Source: the human T2T-CHM13v2.0 reference genome, Homo sapiens. From it: a stretch of DNA of 64,000 nt. Position 1 is the stretch's first letter, and each line of letters opens with the position of its first letter. The notes under the pieces are model-generated. The model saw nothing but the letters and a program-made list of their open reading frames with translations, was not told the origin of the DNA and did not search any database. The translations under genes and the position numbers were made by a program. Positions 1-14,960 of this stretch are shown here, in pieces. The DNA lies in NCBI RefSeq assembly GCF_009914755.1, contig NC_060928.1, one strand, 5' to 3'.

Positions 1-3000
1 AGTGGCCAGCTCCTGAAGGTGTGCTGGCGCTCCCCTCAGGCCTGAACTGAGATGGTGGGCACTATACTGACTCTGCACCCATTGTGGGTGAGTGCCTTAC
101 CTGGGAAACCTCAGCCCTTGTTTTGCTGCATCATCAGACACACCATAAACACACCCTAGAACCTGCTCTGACTTTGGCAACCATGGGGCATTAGTGGGTC
201 TCTGGGGAGCGGCAGAATCCCTGGAGATCTAGTGGCAGAATCTCTGGGCAGCCTCAACACGGGCTGCTTCCAAGGGAGTGGGTAGCACAACCTGCCAAAG
301 CCTCTCTTGGGACAAAAGAAACATGGGCACGGCATCAATAGCTGAAGGGGGTGTAACAAATGGCCAGAAATGAATACTGAGGGGAGGTTCTCTCCCACTC
401 CTCCCAACCACTGTCGCAGACACAACAGAGACTTTACTTGCTGGAGGCTGACACGAGTGCATTTTTACTTGTGAGACAGCCTTTTCAGCACTTTTTGTGC
501 CGGCTGCGCCCCCATTGAAAGTTAGCCCGTGCTGCATGGGCTTGCATGAAGGGTGGACCCATTTCCCCGACCTATATAGAGCAGCAGTGTCTGGGCAATG
601 GAGAGCAGAGAAACCGCACAGCTGTCTGCTCTGGAATGGAGGAAGAGGCTCTGCATTGAGCCCATTTTGTGGGTAGCCACCAGAGGAGGATTTCGGGGGA
701 CCTCAGTTGCACTGCAGCTGGTAGCCAAAGGACAATGTCAATATTAATCAAAGGTCGCAAGCCCTGTAACAGGAGTTTGATGGGGAAGAAGATCGCATTC
801 CTCTCTGGCCAGAACAAGGACCTGGTGCATCCACCCTCACACCGCCTCTTCCTCACCCAACCCGTGGGACCTCAGTGTATCCCAACACAATCTCACCCTG
901 CTATCTCTCCTCAACCTCCATCAGGGCAGGTGCTTCCGTGCATTATTGGGCTGCCCCAGGGCAAGCTGGCGCTTACTCTTTTACGCCACCTACTGGAAGG
1001 TAGACTGAACTGCACCACCGAATAAGAAACCTTTCAAGCATAGGCTGGCGCACAAGATCAGCTTCCTGAGACTTTCGCACTCTCAGCCCTGTAGAAAACA
1101 GTGTGTCAGATCATATATCTAATCTTTTGCTACAACAAGCGGCATTTAAGAAAGCCACGGCACAAAAGCTATCCATAACTAAGGAACCCATACAGAACCC
1201 TGGCCTTCTGAAAATACCCAGAAACAAAGCCAAACAATCGTACACAACATACACTACAATCATATGCTCAAGGAAAAAACAAATAAACGAAAGTCTCATC
1301 CAAACAATAGCAAATTCAAAAATACTAAGCAAGAGCTTTTTTAGATGAGAAGGAATCAATGCAGTAACTCTGGAAGAACAAAGAGTCAGGGTGTTTTGAC
1401 ACCTCCAAAAGATTGCATCAGCTTTCTAGCAATGGATTCTAACCAAAATGAAAATTCTTAAATGACAGATAAAGAATTCAATATATAGATTGCAAAGAAG
1501 TTCAATGAGATGCAACAGAAAGTTAAAAGCCAACACACACACAAAAAAACAGAAAAAATGATTCAGGATATCAAAGATTAAATAGTTTATAGCTTTATAC
1601 ATATAAAACAACATATATAAAAAACACTTCTGAAATTACATATACTTTATAATTATTATATATAATAATTATTGAATATTACAGTTTTAAATTATATATA
1701 ATTGAAAAAATTATTATATATAATATGCATATTGAAAGAAACTAAATATTATTATTGTATATATTATGATATATGTATATTGAAAGAACTGAATGAAATT
1801 AGAACTAATAAAATCATAGATAGAATTAACAAAACAAAAAGTTGGCTTTTTTGAAAGGATAAAATTGATAGACTGCTTACTAGATTAACCAATAAAAAAG
1901 AGAAGATTCAAATAAGGACAATCAGAATTTATAAAGGTGGCATTAGAACTGACACCACAGAAATACAAAAGATCACTATAGACCTCTATGGAGATCTCTA
2001 AGTACACAAACTAGAAAACCTAGAGGAAATGAATTCCTTGAAACATATAATCTTCCAATGTTGAACCAGAAGAAAACTTGAAATTCTCTACAAATAACAT
2101 GTTATGAAATTAAATCAGTAATAAAAATAACTACTAACCAAAAAAGCTCAGAACCAGATGAATTAACAGCCAAATTCTGCCTGACATACAAAGAGCTGGT
2201 ACCAATCTTTCTGAAACTATTCCAAAATATTGATGAGGAAGGATTCCTCTCTAATTCATTTTATGAAGCCAGTATCATCCTGATACCCAAATCTGGCAAG
2301 GACACAACAACAATAACAAAAAAACACAGGCCAATATTCCTGATGAATGTAGATGCAAAAATACTCACCAAAATACTAGCAAACCAAATCCAACAGCACA
2401 GCAAAAAGATAAGTTATTACAATCAAGTAGGTTTTATTCTAGGGATGCAAGTTTGGTTCAACATACGTAAATCAGTAAATGTGATTCACCACATAAACAT
2501 AAATTAAAACAGAAACCATGTGATCATCTCAGTAGAAGCAGAAACAGCATTTAGTAAAATCCAGCATCCTTTTCTGATAAAATCCCTCAACAAACTAGGC
2601 ATTGAAGGAATATACCTAAAAATAATAAGAGCTGTCTATGATAAACCCACAGCCAACATGATACCGAATGGGGAAAAGTTGAAAACGTTCCTGATAAGAA
2701 CTGAAAAAAGACAAACATATCCACTGTCACTACTCCTATTCAACATAATACTAGAAGTCTTAGATAGAACAATCAGGGAAGGGAAATAAAAAGCACCCAA
2801 ACTGGGACAGAAAGAATCATATTAACTCTGTTACAGATGACATGATCTTATACCAAGAAAATCCTAAAGATTCCTTGAGAAGATTCCTAGACTGGATAAA
2901 CAACTGCAGTACATTTTCGGAATGCAAAATTAGTGTTCAAAAATCTGTTGCATTTCTCTAAGTTGACAAGGCAGAAGCTGAGAAACAAATCAAGACCTCA

Positions 3001-3016
3001 ATCCCATTTACAATAA

Positions 3017-3053
<37 letters not shown>

Positions 3054-4040
3054 TAGGAATACATTTAACTAAGCAGGTGAAAGATTTCTGCAAGGAGAGC
3101 TAAAAAACTGATGAAAGAAACCATGGATGATAGAAACTAATGGAAAAAAAATCCCATGATCATAGATAGGAGGAATCAATATTATTAAAATGACTATATT
3201 GTTCAAAGCATTCTACAATTCAATGTAATTCCTATCAAATTACCAGCACCATTTTTCTCTGATTTAGAAAAAACAATTCTAAAATTCATATGGAATTGAA
3301 AAAGAGCCTGAATATCCAAAGCAATCCTAAGCAGAAAGAACAAAGCCAGAGGCATCACATTACTTGACTTCAAATTATATTACAAGTCGAAAGTAACCAA
3401 AACAGCATGGTACTGTTACAAAAATAGACACATAGATCAATGGAACAGAATAAAAAATCCCAAATAAAAGCCACATATCTACAACCAACTGATCTTAGAC
3501 AAAGTCAATAAAAGTGAATAATGAAGATGGGACCCCCTATTCAATAAATGGTGCTGGAAAAATTGGCTAGCCATATGCAGAAGAAGGAAGCTAGACCTTT
3601 ATCTCTTACCATATATAAATAATTAACTCAAGATAAATTACAGTTTTAAATGTAAGACCTGAAACCTAAAACTTCTAGAAGCAGACCTAAGAAAATCTCT
3701 TCCAGATATTGGCCTAGGCAAATAACTTATGACTAAGACCTCAAAAGCAAATGCAACAAAAATAAAAATAGACCAATGTGACTTAATTAAAATAAAGAAC
3801 TTCTGCACAGCAAAAGAAACTATTGGCAGAGTAAACCGACAATCTATAGAATGGGAAAATATATTAGCAAATTATGCATCTGACAAAAGACTAATATCCA
3901 GAATCTATAAAGAACTTCAACAGATCAACAACGAAAAAAATCCCACAAATAATCCCATTAAAAATGGGCAAAGTATATGAACAGACACTTATCAAAAGAA
4001 GACATACAAGTGGCCAAAAAACATAAAAATTGTTCAACAA
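1..4040 (+). mobile_element. Old LINE-1 (L1PB-like): 5'UTR, start of ORF1, internal deletion, degenerate ORF2; 3'-truncated
   Basis: GC-richer 5' region, an ORF1-like start near 1300-1590, and ORF2 peptides [22 protein letters not shown] (2520) and [15 protein letters not shown] (3729). Many stops and frameshifts. Confidence 0.88.
3018..3048. repeat. (CA)n microsatellite within L1
   Basis: About 15 CA units. Confidence 0.95.
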
Positions 4041-4622
4041 CAATTGCTCAAACTAATTTACTTTCTTATTTGTTTATAAGTGTTTTTAAAACATTAAAGA
4101 AGAAAACAGAATTTTTTGTAGCTTTTCAATTGTATCTTTTACTTGTTTTATTTTTATATATAATTCTTTTAAATTAAATTATTGATTGATAGATTATTAC
4201 TTGTTAAATCACGTATGGAAAATAACTATCACCAATACCAACTAAAATAAATGTCATTTGTTTAATCATGTAAATGCTATGTTTAAACTTTTATCTATCT
4301 CTTTTTACTTGTTTTACCATTGAATTTAATGATTTGGATTCTTTCTTTTTTCTCATCTGAATCTGAAACCCGAGCTATGCAGCAGAACTCTAGCCTTTGG
4401 GAAAATTGGTTACCATCAGTGTGACTGAGAGTAGCTTCCAGGTCACCAATCCAGTCCTCTTTAGTTTCCTCCTAGAAAGACAATTAACAAACAAAATAAC
4501 CGCCTTCTAAAATTTAACAACAAAAAATTTAACGACTGAAAAATAAAGCATCTTATTTTGCAACCCTCTTCTGTTTCTTTCCTCGGGCTCTTTGAGATAT
4601 GAGGAGCATCTCTTGTCTTCCT

Positions 4623-4666
4623 GGGTTCTGCTTCTCCTCCAGGGTTCTGCTTCTCCTCCAGGGTTC
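4623..4666. repeat. 19-bp tandem duplication
   Basis: gggttctgcttctcctcca x2.3, exact. Confidence 0.9.
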
Positions 4667-5397
4667 CTAATCCTTAAAAATCCTCCACTTGTTCTGGCTG
4701 GTCATGCCTCAGGGCCTCCTCTGACTATGTCGTGAATAATTAGGCTGACTTCTGGGACTTTCCTTGTGTTTTTCTTGGCTTAATCATGATACAAGCTTTC
4801 TATAACCAGTACCTAAATGCAGTCTTTTAACATGGCCCACATGACCACCGTTTTCCTATGCTGTTTCTTGCTGAATCCAATACAGCTTTTCTTACTTGGT
4901 TTCTCTGTGAATCCTGGCTTTCTGTAATTCTGGTGGGATATATCCTAGAAGTTTCTGCCTTTAAAAAATGTTGTAAAGGGAAATTGGAAACAATACAATT
5001 GGCACCCTTATTGGAACAGTGAAGAGGTCTGCAATAAATCTGTAGAACTTATTGCTGCAGCTTTGAAGCTTTGAAACAGGCCAATTTACTTTCCTTTCTG
5101 CAGGGTCTAATTCATTAGACTCCCACTATAAAAGTTTTATTGGAGAAGTTGAATCATAAAGTCAACCAGAAAGAAAGGATTTGGTGATAAGTGGTATAAG
5201 TGTCATAATGCAAAGAATAAAATGCTACGCACAAAATAAAAGCATTTATTTACTGCTTTTAGAAGTGAAACAGCTTGAAAAAGACAAGACTGCATTCCCA
5301 GTGATGATAAATTTCTGTTTCGCAAACTTTACAATGGTTTGGCAAAGTGGCAGGCCTGCTGTATTGGAGACATGATTACTATATCTGTACCACTATA

Positions 5398-5535
5398 ACA
5401 CACACATACATACACACACACACACACACATATATAAGCATACATTTTTGTGTGAATGTGCATATATGTGTGTATGTATTTCATATACATATATATAGAC
5501 ATATTATATATATACACTATATATAATATATGTAT
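5398..5535. repeat. Compound (CA)/(TG)/(TA) simple repeat
   Basis: Alternating purine-pyrimidine tracts. Confidence 0.85.
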
Positions 5536-6249
5536 GTTCTAACTAGGGCAGAAGACTTGATTTGGAAATCAAGAAATTGCTCCCTCTTTTCTAGTGGGGT
5601 AGATATAAATCTCCTCCCCACATGCTTCTTACTTAGCAGATAGGTTTGATTAAGATGACTATCTGAATTATAAATAAATGAATACTTCTAAAAAATAAAG
5701 GTAAAACCAATAAATTGGTTTGTTGGTTGACAAATGGATAATCAACCAACCAATCAAATATTAGTTATAATATCCTGTCAATGGTTATACTCTCTCTCTG
5801 TCTTTTATTTTATACTAAATATCATATTCTTTAGAACTGGAAAGGAACAAAAGGCTAGGATTTTAGACTTTTTTGATGATTTTCTGGAAAACTCCAATTA
5901 TGTCTATTCTTGAAGACTTAAAAATATGTGGTTACTTCTCCAAGCATCTCATTCCAATACCCTATTTACTAGAAAATATTTTCCTATTAAAGTATTTTAA
6001 TAGGAAACACTAAATATTTTTTCTATTTCCTATTAAAAGAAAATTTGCCTTTCTATAACTTCTGTTCTTTTATGCAGCAGGTTCTTGATATCAATATGTT
6101 CTCAAAACCTATTCTTCACTTGCTATGACTTCATTTCCCTTGTCTACACACAAACTTTTGTTAAAAAACAGTTCAATTTTTTTCATGTGCTCCTCATTTG
6201 TTACGGTTTCCTGATCCTTCACCATCCTGTTTTTTTTTAAATTCATCTT

Positions 6250-6950
6250 TTTATTAATATCTGTTGAGAGCCTAATATAATGTGCCAGAGAGCTCCAGGC
6301 ATAGGAAAAGCAGCAGGGAATAGAAGAGAGTCCTTTTCTCATGGAGTTGATAAGATAGAGGAAGCATAAAAATAATCAAGAAAACCCTCATATGTCAGTT
6401 GTTGGTAAGTGGTAGGGAGAAGAATTAAGCAAGAAGAGTAGATGAAAGTATAATGATGCAGGAGTCTGGGAAGACCTGCCTGACAAGGTGATATTTAAAC
6501 AAAGACTTGAAGGAAGAGAGAGGATGAGCGATGCATATATCTAGGGAAACTTTGTTTATGCATAGAACAGAGAATGTGAAGGCTCTGGGATAGAGCCTGC
6601 TTAGCATGTTCAGAGAAATCTAAGGATGCTGGTGTTGACTGAAGATGGTCAGTTGAGGGGGAAGTGATAGGAAAATTGGTCAAAGAATTTCTCTGGTTGT
6701 TATGGAAACTAGTCTGTAGGACCTCAAGTTTTAAGTAGAAAAAGCTATTAGTTTATTTTGAAAAAGATGGTGGGGTCTTGAATTAGCATAGCAGAGTTGG
6801 AGATGACAGGAATTTCTTAGAGTCTGAGTAGTCTTGGAGATAAAGCTGACAGGATTTGTCAATAGACGAAGGTTGTGGGAAGAAAGAGATCATGGCTGAC
6901 TGAAGTTTTTAGCCTGGACAAATGGACTTGTTCTTTCTGGAAATGAGTAA
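6250..6950 (-). mobile_element. L2 fragment
   Basis: Resembles reverse-complemented L2 3' region (aggtgatatttaaacaaagacttgaagga...; gcttagcatgttcagagaa). Confidence 0.7.
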
Positions 6951-7238
6951 TCCAGTTGTCTTAGTTCAGAAAAGTACTAAAGTTGGGCTATAATTCTTTA
7001 ACACCTTACTCTTTCATAGTGTAAACTTCACCCAAGAATTTTTTATGTCCTAGGTGTGATCTGTTCAGTACAAAATAAAGCAATCTTTTTTATGATGATT
7101 TATTGTTATTTTTTCTCATGATCTAGATGCACTGTTATTAGTGGACAGTGATATTGCATCATCGTTTATGGATGTCTACTATTTTTCATGTTGAGTTTAC
7201 CTTTAAACTAAATCTTGGTCTCATTTTCAACCCCAATC

Positions 7239-9260
7239 TGTGGGGCAGCAGATAGATAGCTGTTTATCAAATATGTATGCCATTCTTCTTTTCAAACAGC
7301 TCTACTACAGTTCTCAGCCTCTGTTGTAGTGAAGAGTAGCCAAATGACTGAATTCTAGACAATGGAACATGGGCAGAAGTGATGAACATGACTTCAAAGC
7401 TTACCTTTCAAAAATCTTTCACTCAGAAAGCCTCCACTCTTTTCTCTCCATAAGGCTTTCTCATTGACACAAGATAATCCAGGAAGATTTTCAAGGCAGA
7501 TTCTCTGTGTAGAGGAAAACGGTTCTCTCTTCCACTATTTGGAGTATATGTGAAAGAAAAAAAAATGATCTTTTGAAAAATGATACTGCTAAGAATTTGG
7601 TATTAATCCATTACAGCAGCTAGTAGCACCTTAACTAATTTGAAAATTGGTAGCTTAAGAAGGGATGTTATAAACAAAGGTTAATATTTGCAACATTTCC
7701 CAGCAGTGGGAGTGGCTGCTAATGAGAACACCGAAATGAGAGATTGGATATTTGTGGCAAAACATTGGTGAAATTGTCATTTATGATAACTTGAAAAACA
7801 GACCAAATGCCTCCAAGATTGTATTTCTATGGAGAAAGCTACAGGATAGGATGTTTTTTATTTGTAATAGAAGATATTAGAAGAAAGAGATGGGCTCGCC
7901 CAAGAATTAGTTGATTTTGCAGGCAAATATAAAATGAAATAAATACTCCAGATATCTGAGGCCTCAAAAGTTTGAAAAATCTGAATTCTCCTAAACCTCA
8001 ATGATACAATATTGAGAGAAGACTTTAGTTTAAAGGCCTCATTAAGATTCAGCCTTTTGAAAAGAGTAAAATTGAATATTACTTTTACATTTAAGCCTGG
8101 TGCCTCTGAAGGCTGCCATTAAATTGAGGAAGGAAGAGAGCTCCAGAGACAGAGAGAGGGAGTAACACAGAGAGAAGGAATGACTGGTGCAAGAAAATGA
8201 TGGAAAAAAGCAGATACAAGAACCAGGGTTTGGAAGATGATGACTGGCCCACAGAACTAGTGGAGGCAACTAGATTAGATACCTACTAAGTTTTTGAGGT
8301 AAGTGTAGTGGCAAAGAAATCATAAGTCCAGATTATAAGGGAAAATGCTCCTAGAGGATAGAGATGGTCATCACTAGCAGCTCTAAATCACCAAACTCCA
8401 GATCACCAAATGATCAAGGGAACTCCTTTCAGAGAGCAAAACCAGCTCTAATAAACAAAACAAGTTTCCACTGCAGGCATCCCCTGCCTTGCCAGCAGAA
8501 ACACATAATAATTACTGTCTATTAACAACCGTGTGTTACCTAGTCTTCCAATTTCCAAATGGGAATGTCTACTGTGGTTATCGTGCCCCTGGTCCACCAT
8601 TGTATACCTGAGAGAAGATGATCTGCCCATGGATTGCTAGCCCACAAAAAGCCATACCTGGACCTGATGAAGAGGCTGACGTATAACTCAAAGATTTTCT
8701 ACGTTGAGCTGAATGAAGTGGACAGACAGGATTTTGTGCTGTTTTCCTTGAGGAAGGGATGAATGTGTTCTATGTGTGGAAGAATGTAATGGATATTTGG
8801 TGACTAGAAGGGTGGACTAGGACAGAGAATGTCTAGCTATTTATCAAACCTATTTCCTTTTCCTTTTGGCATACAGCTAGACTACATTTCCCAACCTCCC
8901 TTCAGTAAAGTCTGCCTTATAATCAAATTCTGGTCAATGTTGTGTGTTTTAGAGTGCCATGAATCATTCTGAGGTCCATAAAATACTCCCACTTTCTGAT
9001 TCCCACTTTCCATGTCTTGCAGGCTGGTCAAAGTCTAGAGTGACAGTGAAAGCTACATTTGCGTTTGAGGACAACAGAGCCTAGAGCAGCTTGATTTTCT
9101 AAATAACAACATGGAGCAAAATTTCCTCCCTTGCCCATTCCTCTTCCTTACTGATTAGATTTTTATGTGAGTGAAAAATAAACTTTGATTGTGTCAGGCT
9201 ATAGCTTTAAAAATTTATCTTTTATAAAGGATACTAGTTTGAAAAATCTTTACTAAAACT
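7239..9260 (+). mobile_element. MaLR MLT1-type element, LTR-internal-LTR
   Basis: Two similar ~400-bp LTRs (7239-~7640 and ~8818-9260). aaaattggta follows the 5' LTR and the purine tract agaagggtggac precedes the 3' LTR. Confidence 0.7.
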
Positions 9261-10074
9261 ATAGTACTTGGTTAGTTGGGTTTTTGAACCTAAGACAAAT
9301 TATTTATGCTGAATCCAGATCATAACATTGCCTGAGATTTATATATCTTCCAATATTTTCCATATACAATTTTCTTAACGATAAATTTCAGATCAGGGCC
9401 CATAAACCCTAATGCCTTCAGCATCTAGACAGTTATAAATGGAAAATAGAAGGCAGTACATCCCAGGGAACTAGAGAGAACATGCCCTACCTAAAAGCAA
9501 TACAGTAATTTAAAAAACCTACTGGCTAGTGTACTCCAAAGACTGCAATATTGGGACCTTTGATTTGGTTCTTTATTTGAATATTTTAATAAAAATTTTC
9601 TTGCACAAAACTGAAGAGTAAGCCACTCAAATTTTCTTTTTAGACAAACATTTATTCATTAACCATATTCTTTGAGTATGCTATTTCAACTGTTTGCCAG
9701 TTTACTGAACTTCATTAGTTTGTGGTTCATATTTCTCTTACTCATTTATAAAGATATCAAGAGAAACATTGGCTCATGGCTGCTGAAATCCAGAAAGATG
9801 ATTTACTTACATCTACATATTTGGGGCTTCAAATGTTTGAAATATCTGAAGGCCATCAACATATGAATCACATAAAGAATTTGGACATTCTGTCTCATCT
9901 CGATTTATTCACTCAGATTTCAGGGGAGATGGAACTGTGAATCCAGATTCTTGACCAGCTCCATAAGCAATTCTTACGATTTAGTTCCTCTGATTTATTG
10001 TATTTTTCTAATCTAGAATTCTAGCATGTAAAATTAGATAATGTTTACTATAAAATGACTGCGTCTTTAAATTA

Positions 10075-10265
10075 AAAGTTGCCAATCTCTTTTTTTGTAA
10101 AAGATCCCACAGTGAGTATTTAGGCTTTGCAGCCTACCCACAGTTTCTGACTCATATTCTTCTTATTTTGAATATTTTTAACATTCGTTTAAAAATATAA
10201 GTCTATTAGTTCATGAATTGTATGTATAAAAAGAGGCTCTGGCCCATGGGCCATGGTTTGCTGGT
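10075..10265. mobile_element. MER58-like hAT-Charlie MITE
   Basis: tgtaaaa...gtgagtatttaggctttgcagcc and ggcccatgggccatggtttgc resemble MER58A. Confidence 0.6.
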
Positions 10266-11289
10266 ATGAATTCTCTTCAAGATGTCTATGTACCTTTCTT
10301 TAAATGAATGGTTCCTAACTTGTACTCCGTGAAATTGTACCCCTGAAGGATGTATAAGCCAACAATTCTCATTCAAATTATTGGTGGAAGTACTGTACAT
10401 TATTTCATCCTTATGGAGATTTGCCAAGTAAATCAACATAGTAAATGTTCATATATAAAGATTAGAGTTGTCTGGCCAATTAGCTCCATTTTTAGCAGTA
10501 CTTTTTGAATATAGAATCCTTTTCTTTCTCCACAAAGTTCTCATTAATGTCTTTAAAATTTAATGTTAAATCATATGTGTTGAAGAACAGTTGAAGAATT
10601 TTAGTGTCTGTAAAATACTTTTGGGAAATTTCAAACACTCTTTTCCAGGATCTTAAAATCTTGCCCATGAGTAAATATTGTTAAGTTTAATAGTTTATAG
10701 TATACAGAAGATACTTTTTAAAATCCACTTTCAAAAATAAGTTGATATTTTTAAATCTCTGGTTTTAAAAAACTTTTTTCTTGTCCATTACTCCTCAGTA
10801 ATAGCACCTAAACAGATTTATGCTGTTCTTTTTCCATATAATGATCTACATTGCAGGTTTTCTCAATGGTCCGTCCTTTATAGGCAACTTTAATTTAGTA
10901 ACAGTTCAGTTTTCTATTTAATTTCTTCAGTAATTCACCTTAAACTTTGGGTTCACTTATTGGTACTCTATCTTTAAGCTCTTATTCTCAGTGTTTACTC
11001 AGGAAAAAATGAGATTCAGAATTCCATAATTTGGTCAACCATGTAAAAATAGTTGACAGAATTAAAATTTTAAAATACTTATATATCACAGGTAATCATC
11101 TTGTTATTGCCTTGTTATTATCTATAACTATCTTGTGGTTATAGAATCTTACATTTTTAAATATACTTAATCTTATATATATTTAATTTTATATGAAGCC
11201 AACACATTTGGAACATATTTTTAAAAACATGTATTTTGTGTCTATAAACAGAAATGCAAAAAGTAAATAACTACAGCGAACACTTTTAA

Positions 11290-11520
11290 AGTAGTTGCTA
11301 TGTGGTAGCTACTGTTCTAGGTGCTTTTATGTATTTTAACTCATATAATCCTCACAATAGCCCCAAGGGATAGGTGCTATTATTGTTTGCAATGTAAAGA
11401 TACAGAAATAGTAACACAGTGAGGGTAAGCAATGTGCCTGAGACACACCACATATTTAGTAAATGGTAATGTCAGAATTGGAACTGTCACTCTGGCTTCA
11501 GAAGTCCATACACTGTGTTA
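11290..11520 (-). mobile_element. MIR SINE
   Basis: Reverse complement of the MIR core (aactcatataatcctcacaatagccc...ggtgctattatt). Confidence 0.7.
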
Positions 11521-13864
11521 TGTTGCACTCTGCTTCTTCCAGTTGAAAGCATTTTAAATAATTTGAAGGACCTTGTTGTTGAAATCGCAGGGGCTTGATA
11601 CGAGTTGGTTCATTTCAGAGACTAGCACAAAAACTGATAAATCCTTGCATTATTTATTTTGATTGAAGGTAGTTGAGAATTCTGTGTTTGTATGTGTATC
11701 ACCTGTGACAAAGGCACTATAACTTTTGTTATCTAAGTCTATTGCCTTATTTCTTTTAGCTTTGCCATGCTGCTGAAATGGGATCCAAGTGGCCTCAGAG
11801 TCTCATCTACAGGGAACATTACCAATCTCTTCAAGACATAATTACAGGCTTACATATGCTTAATTTAATTAACAGGTTAAAGACTTCTGTGTAAAAACTC
11901 TGTGATTTCCAGGCAACATTCTGGAAGCAGCAAGAGAGAATTACAATTGATCTGGACTTGAGAGTTTCATGTATAGACTGCTCTCTGGAGGTACAGAGAG
12001 AAAAGCAAGTCTACAGCTTCACTCTGTAGAGTGAAGAGAGCTTATTTTAGATAACCCAGACAAAGCAAAGTCTGTACATTTTTCATCTCAAATGCCAAGT
12101 GGGTTACTACAAGCCCATCACCCTCAACACTCCCCACCACATACTGCTCTATCTTTGACTTGTGATCTATTCTCATCAGCAAACAAGATGGGAGAAAAAT
12201 AAAAATACATTCAAGGTAAGATTTGCTCCCCTGACACACCCTCATTTGGATATATATGTGTCCTGGTTCATGTACCAAGATGCCACCTCTTGCTCTGGGT
12301 CAAAAGAAGTTGATGTTTCTTCCTGCTTTTCTGAAAACATTGCTGATAATTGTACAACTCATAGTAATTTTTCTCTCCTACACCAACACATGTGATCTGG
12401 AAATGGCCATCAGGGATCATAGGAATGCAGTCATGATTCTTTTGTATTCTTGTGCATTGGTTCCTGGTTTCTCGTTTCTGCTGTGTATCCTTACTGTGTT
12501 GCTAGTGTTGTATTGTTGGCATATTATTAAGATTTCTGAAAAGACTTATGAAATTTAAGGATATGAGAATGGAGCCTTAAATAATTCAGAATATTCTAGA
12601 AATAATCTTGTTTACATAGATACATCTGATTATGTGGGGATATTTTAATTCCACTTGAATTCAAATGAAAAAGTGCCATAGCTTTCTGGCATAACAATTT
12701 CACCTATCCTTTTTCTTGGCAGGGTTTACACAGACATTTTAAACATATCATTAAACAATTAGCATTATTCTCTTTGTCAGTAGAAAAAAATATATAAAAC
12801 TCAAGAGCCTCAATAGTCAAATGCTAAGACAGTGATCTTTCATTCCCTTCAATAAGTTGAACTCTTTTTAATTCTAAGGCATGCACTGTCACCACACTAA
12901 TTGCATTGTAGATAGCTCTTAGCTTTGCTCTGATTATTAACAAATATATTTGTAGGAAAAAAAATGCTGTGAGATCTTTAAATTAATACAAAAGAGCAAT
13001 ATCTGATGTAGTTAAATTTTTATGTGTTTAGAGTTGCTTAAATTTGTCTGTTTGGCAAAGTGGGAGCATGATCTTATTAAGCCAGAATAGGTGATTCAGA
13101 TATACACACATAAAGACTCACAGAAAACAGTCAATACTCCTAAACCCAAACATCCTTGAAAGTGTATATTTTGAGCCTGTGAATGAGAGAATGACAGTAA
13201 TTTTTTATGCTTAGAAATTGAATTTAATATCCCACCAGTGTAAAAATATAAGATCATTTAACACTCACTTTACTTATTTTGTGCCAGATACTGCGTTCTG
13301 CATGAGAGATCCAAAAATGAAAAGACAGTGCTCCTTTTTATAACTTACATTTTATCATATAGATAGACATGTAAAAAACTACGGTACAATATATGTTCAA
13401 CAATAATGGTATAATGGAAGAATATCAAATCACCTTCTGGGATTATGGTTTAAATATATTATCATTAATACCCAAATATTGATGGCCTAATGCCAAGGGA
13501 ACCGGGAGATTTCTGAAACTACTTTAAGCTGGAGATCCATGTGAAATCTTGTAAAGTTTAGAGGCTTGATATTTCTGTATTTTAGATACAAAGGAATAGG
13601 GGGGAAAAGGAAGTGGACTTTCACAGCTAGGTTGCTTGAGGTCCAGTGTTAATTATGTAAGTGAATCAGCAACTCCAGTTCATACAGGAAATTGATTGAG
13701 GAAGGGACAAATAAGTGTTCTAGGCAGCGTCACTTACAAAGGCCTGGAGATGTAAAAATTATAGTAATTGGAGAATTGCAAATGGTTTGTTGCTACTAGA
13801 ATTTGGAATGTAATTTTTAAGAGATTGCAAAATAAAAAATAATAATAATAAAAAGAATAGTCTG

Positions 13865-14201
<337 letters not shown>

Positions 14202-14444
14202 AAAAGACTAGTCTGGTATACAAGACCTTAGCTCATAAAACACTTCATAGAATAAGTTGTGGAGTTTTCAAACATTTTATTTGGAGGAAGATTTAGGGGT
14301 TTTTAAGGAAAGGAATGGTATAGTCCAATTTAGAAGCTGTGTAGACCATCCCATCAGTAGTGTGGTGTATGATTTAGAGAGAAGTGAAAGCTCCTGGCTG
14401 TACCAAAGGGAGATAATGATAGAATGAAAGAGTGTTGAGAAGTG

Positions 14445-14937
14445 TGATATGAGGCCAAAAATTAAGGCTCAATATCATCTGCTGCCTTGATATCTGGTAA
14501 AATCTGAAGGACCTTGAATGGCATATCCACAAGTTTCTCTTACCTCTCTGCTCCAGTGGATAAGGTTTTCTAGCTAAAAATCCTCCTGATTAAATGGACT
14601 CATTGCAGTTTCTGCTCATCCCTGAGTAGCGGGTTTTGGTTCCCTGACAATCTGCAGAGGAATTCAGACAAGCCCATCACATCTTCCTGTGGGAGCTAGC
14701 AGTGACCCCTCTCTATTGGTACTCCAAAACCTGCCTCCCATAGCCCCTGATTGTTCACTGTGTTCCTAAGTGCAAGCCCCATGGGGCTGCATGGCATGGG
14801 ATGTCCTCCTCTCTGGGCTGTGTGTACAGTTGATCTCATCTGTCTTGTGTTGAGTGTTGTGTGTTCAGCCATTTTTTTATAACCCCAGGGTAGGAATCCC
14901 TCTCTCACCAATGGGGTGAAAAGAGGACCTCATAACA
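14445..14937 (+). mobile_element. Solo LTR (LTR47-like, ERVL class)
   Basis: About 490 bp with TG...CA ends and short terminal inverted repeats (tgatatgagg / cctcataaca). Family name from memory. Confidence 0.6.
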
Positions 14938-14960
14938 AGTACACGTGGAGAGTAGAGCTC

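Noticed and set aside
156-1359. Cluster of 68-118 aa ORFs on both strands
   Set aside because: They lie in the GC-richer L1 5' region, overlap in many frames and have no recognisable domain.
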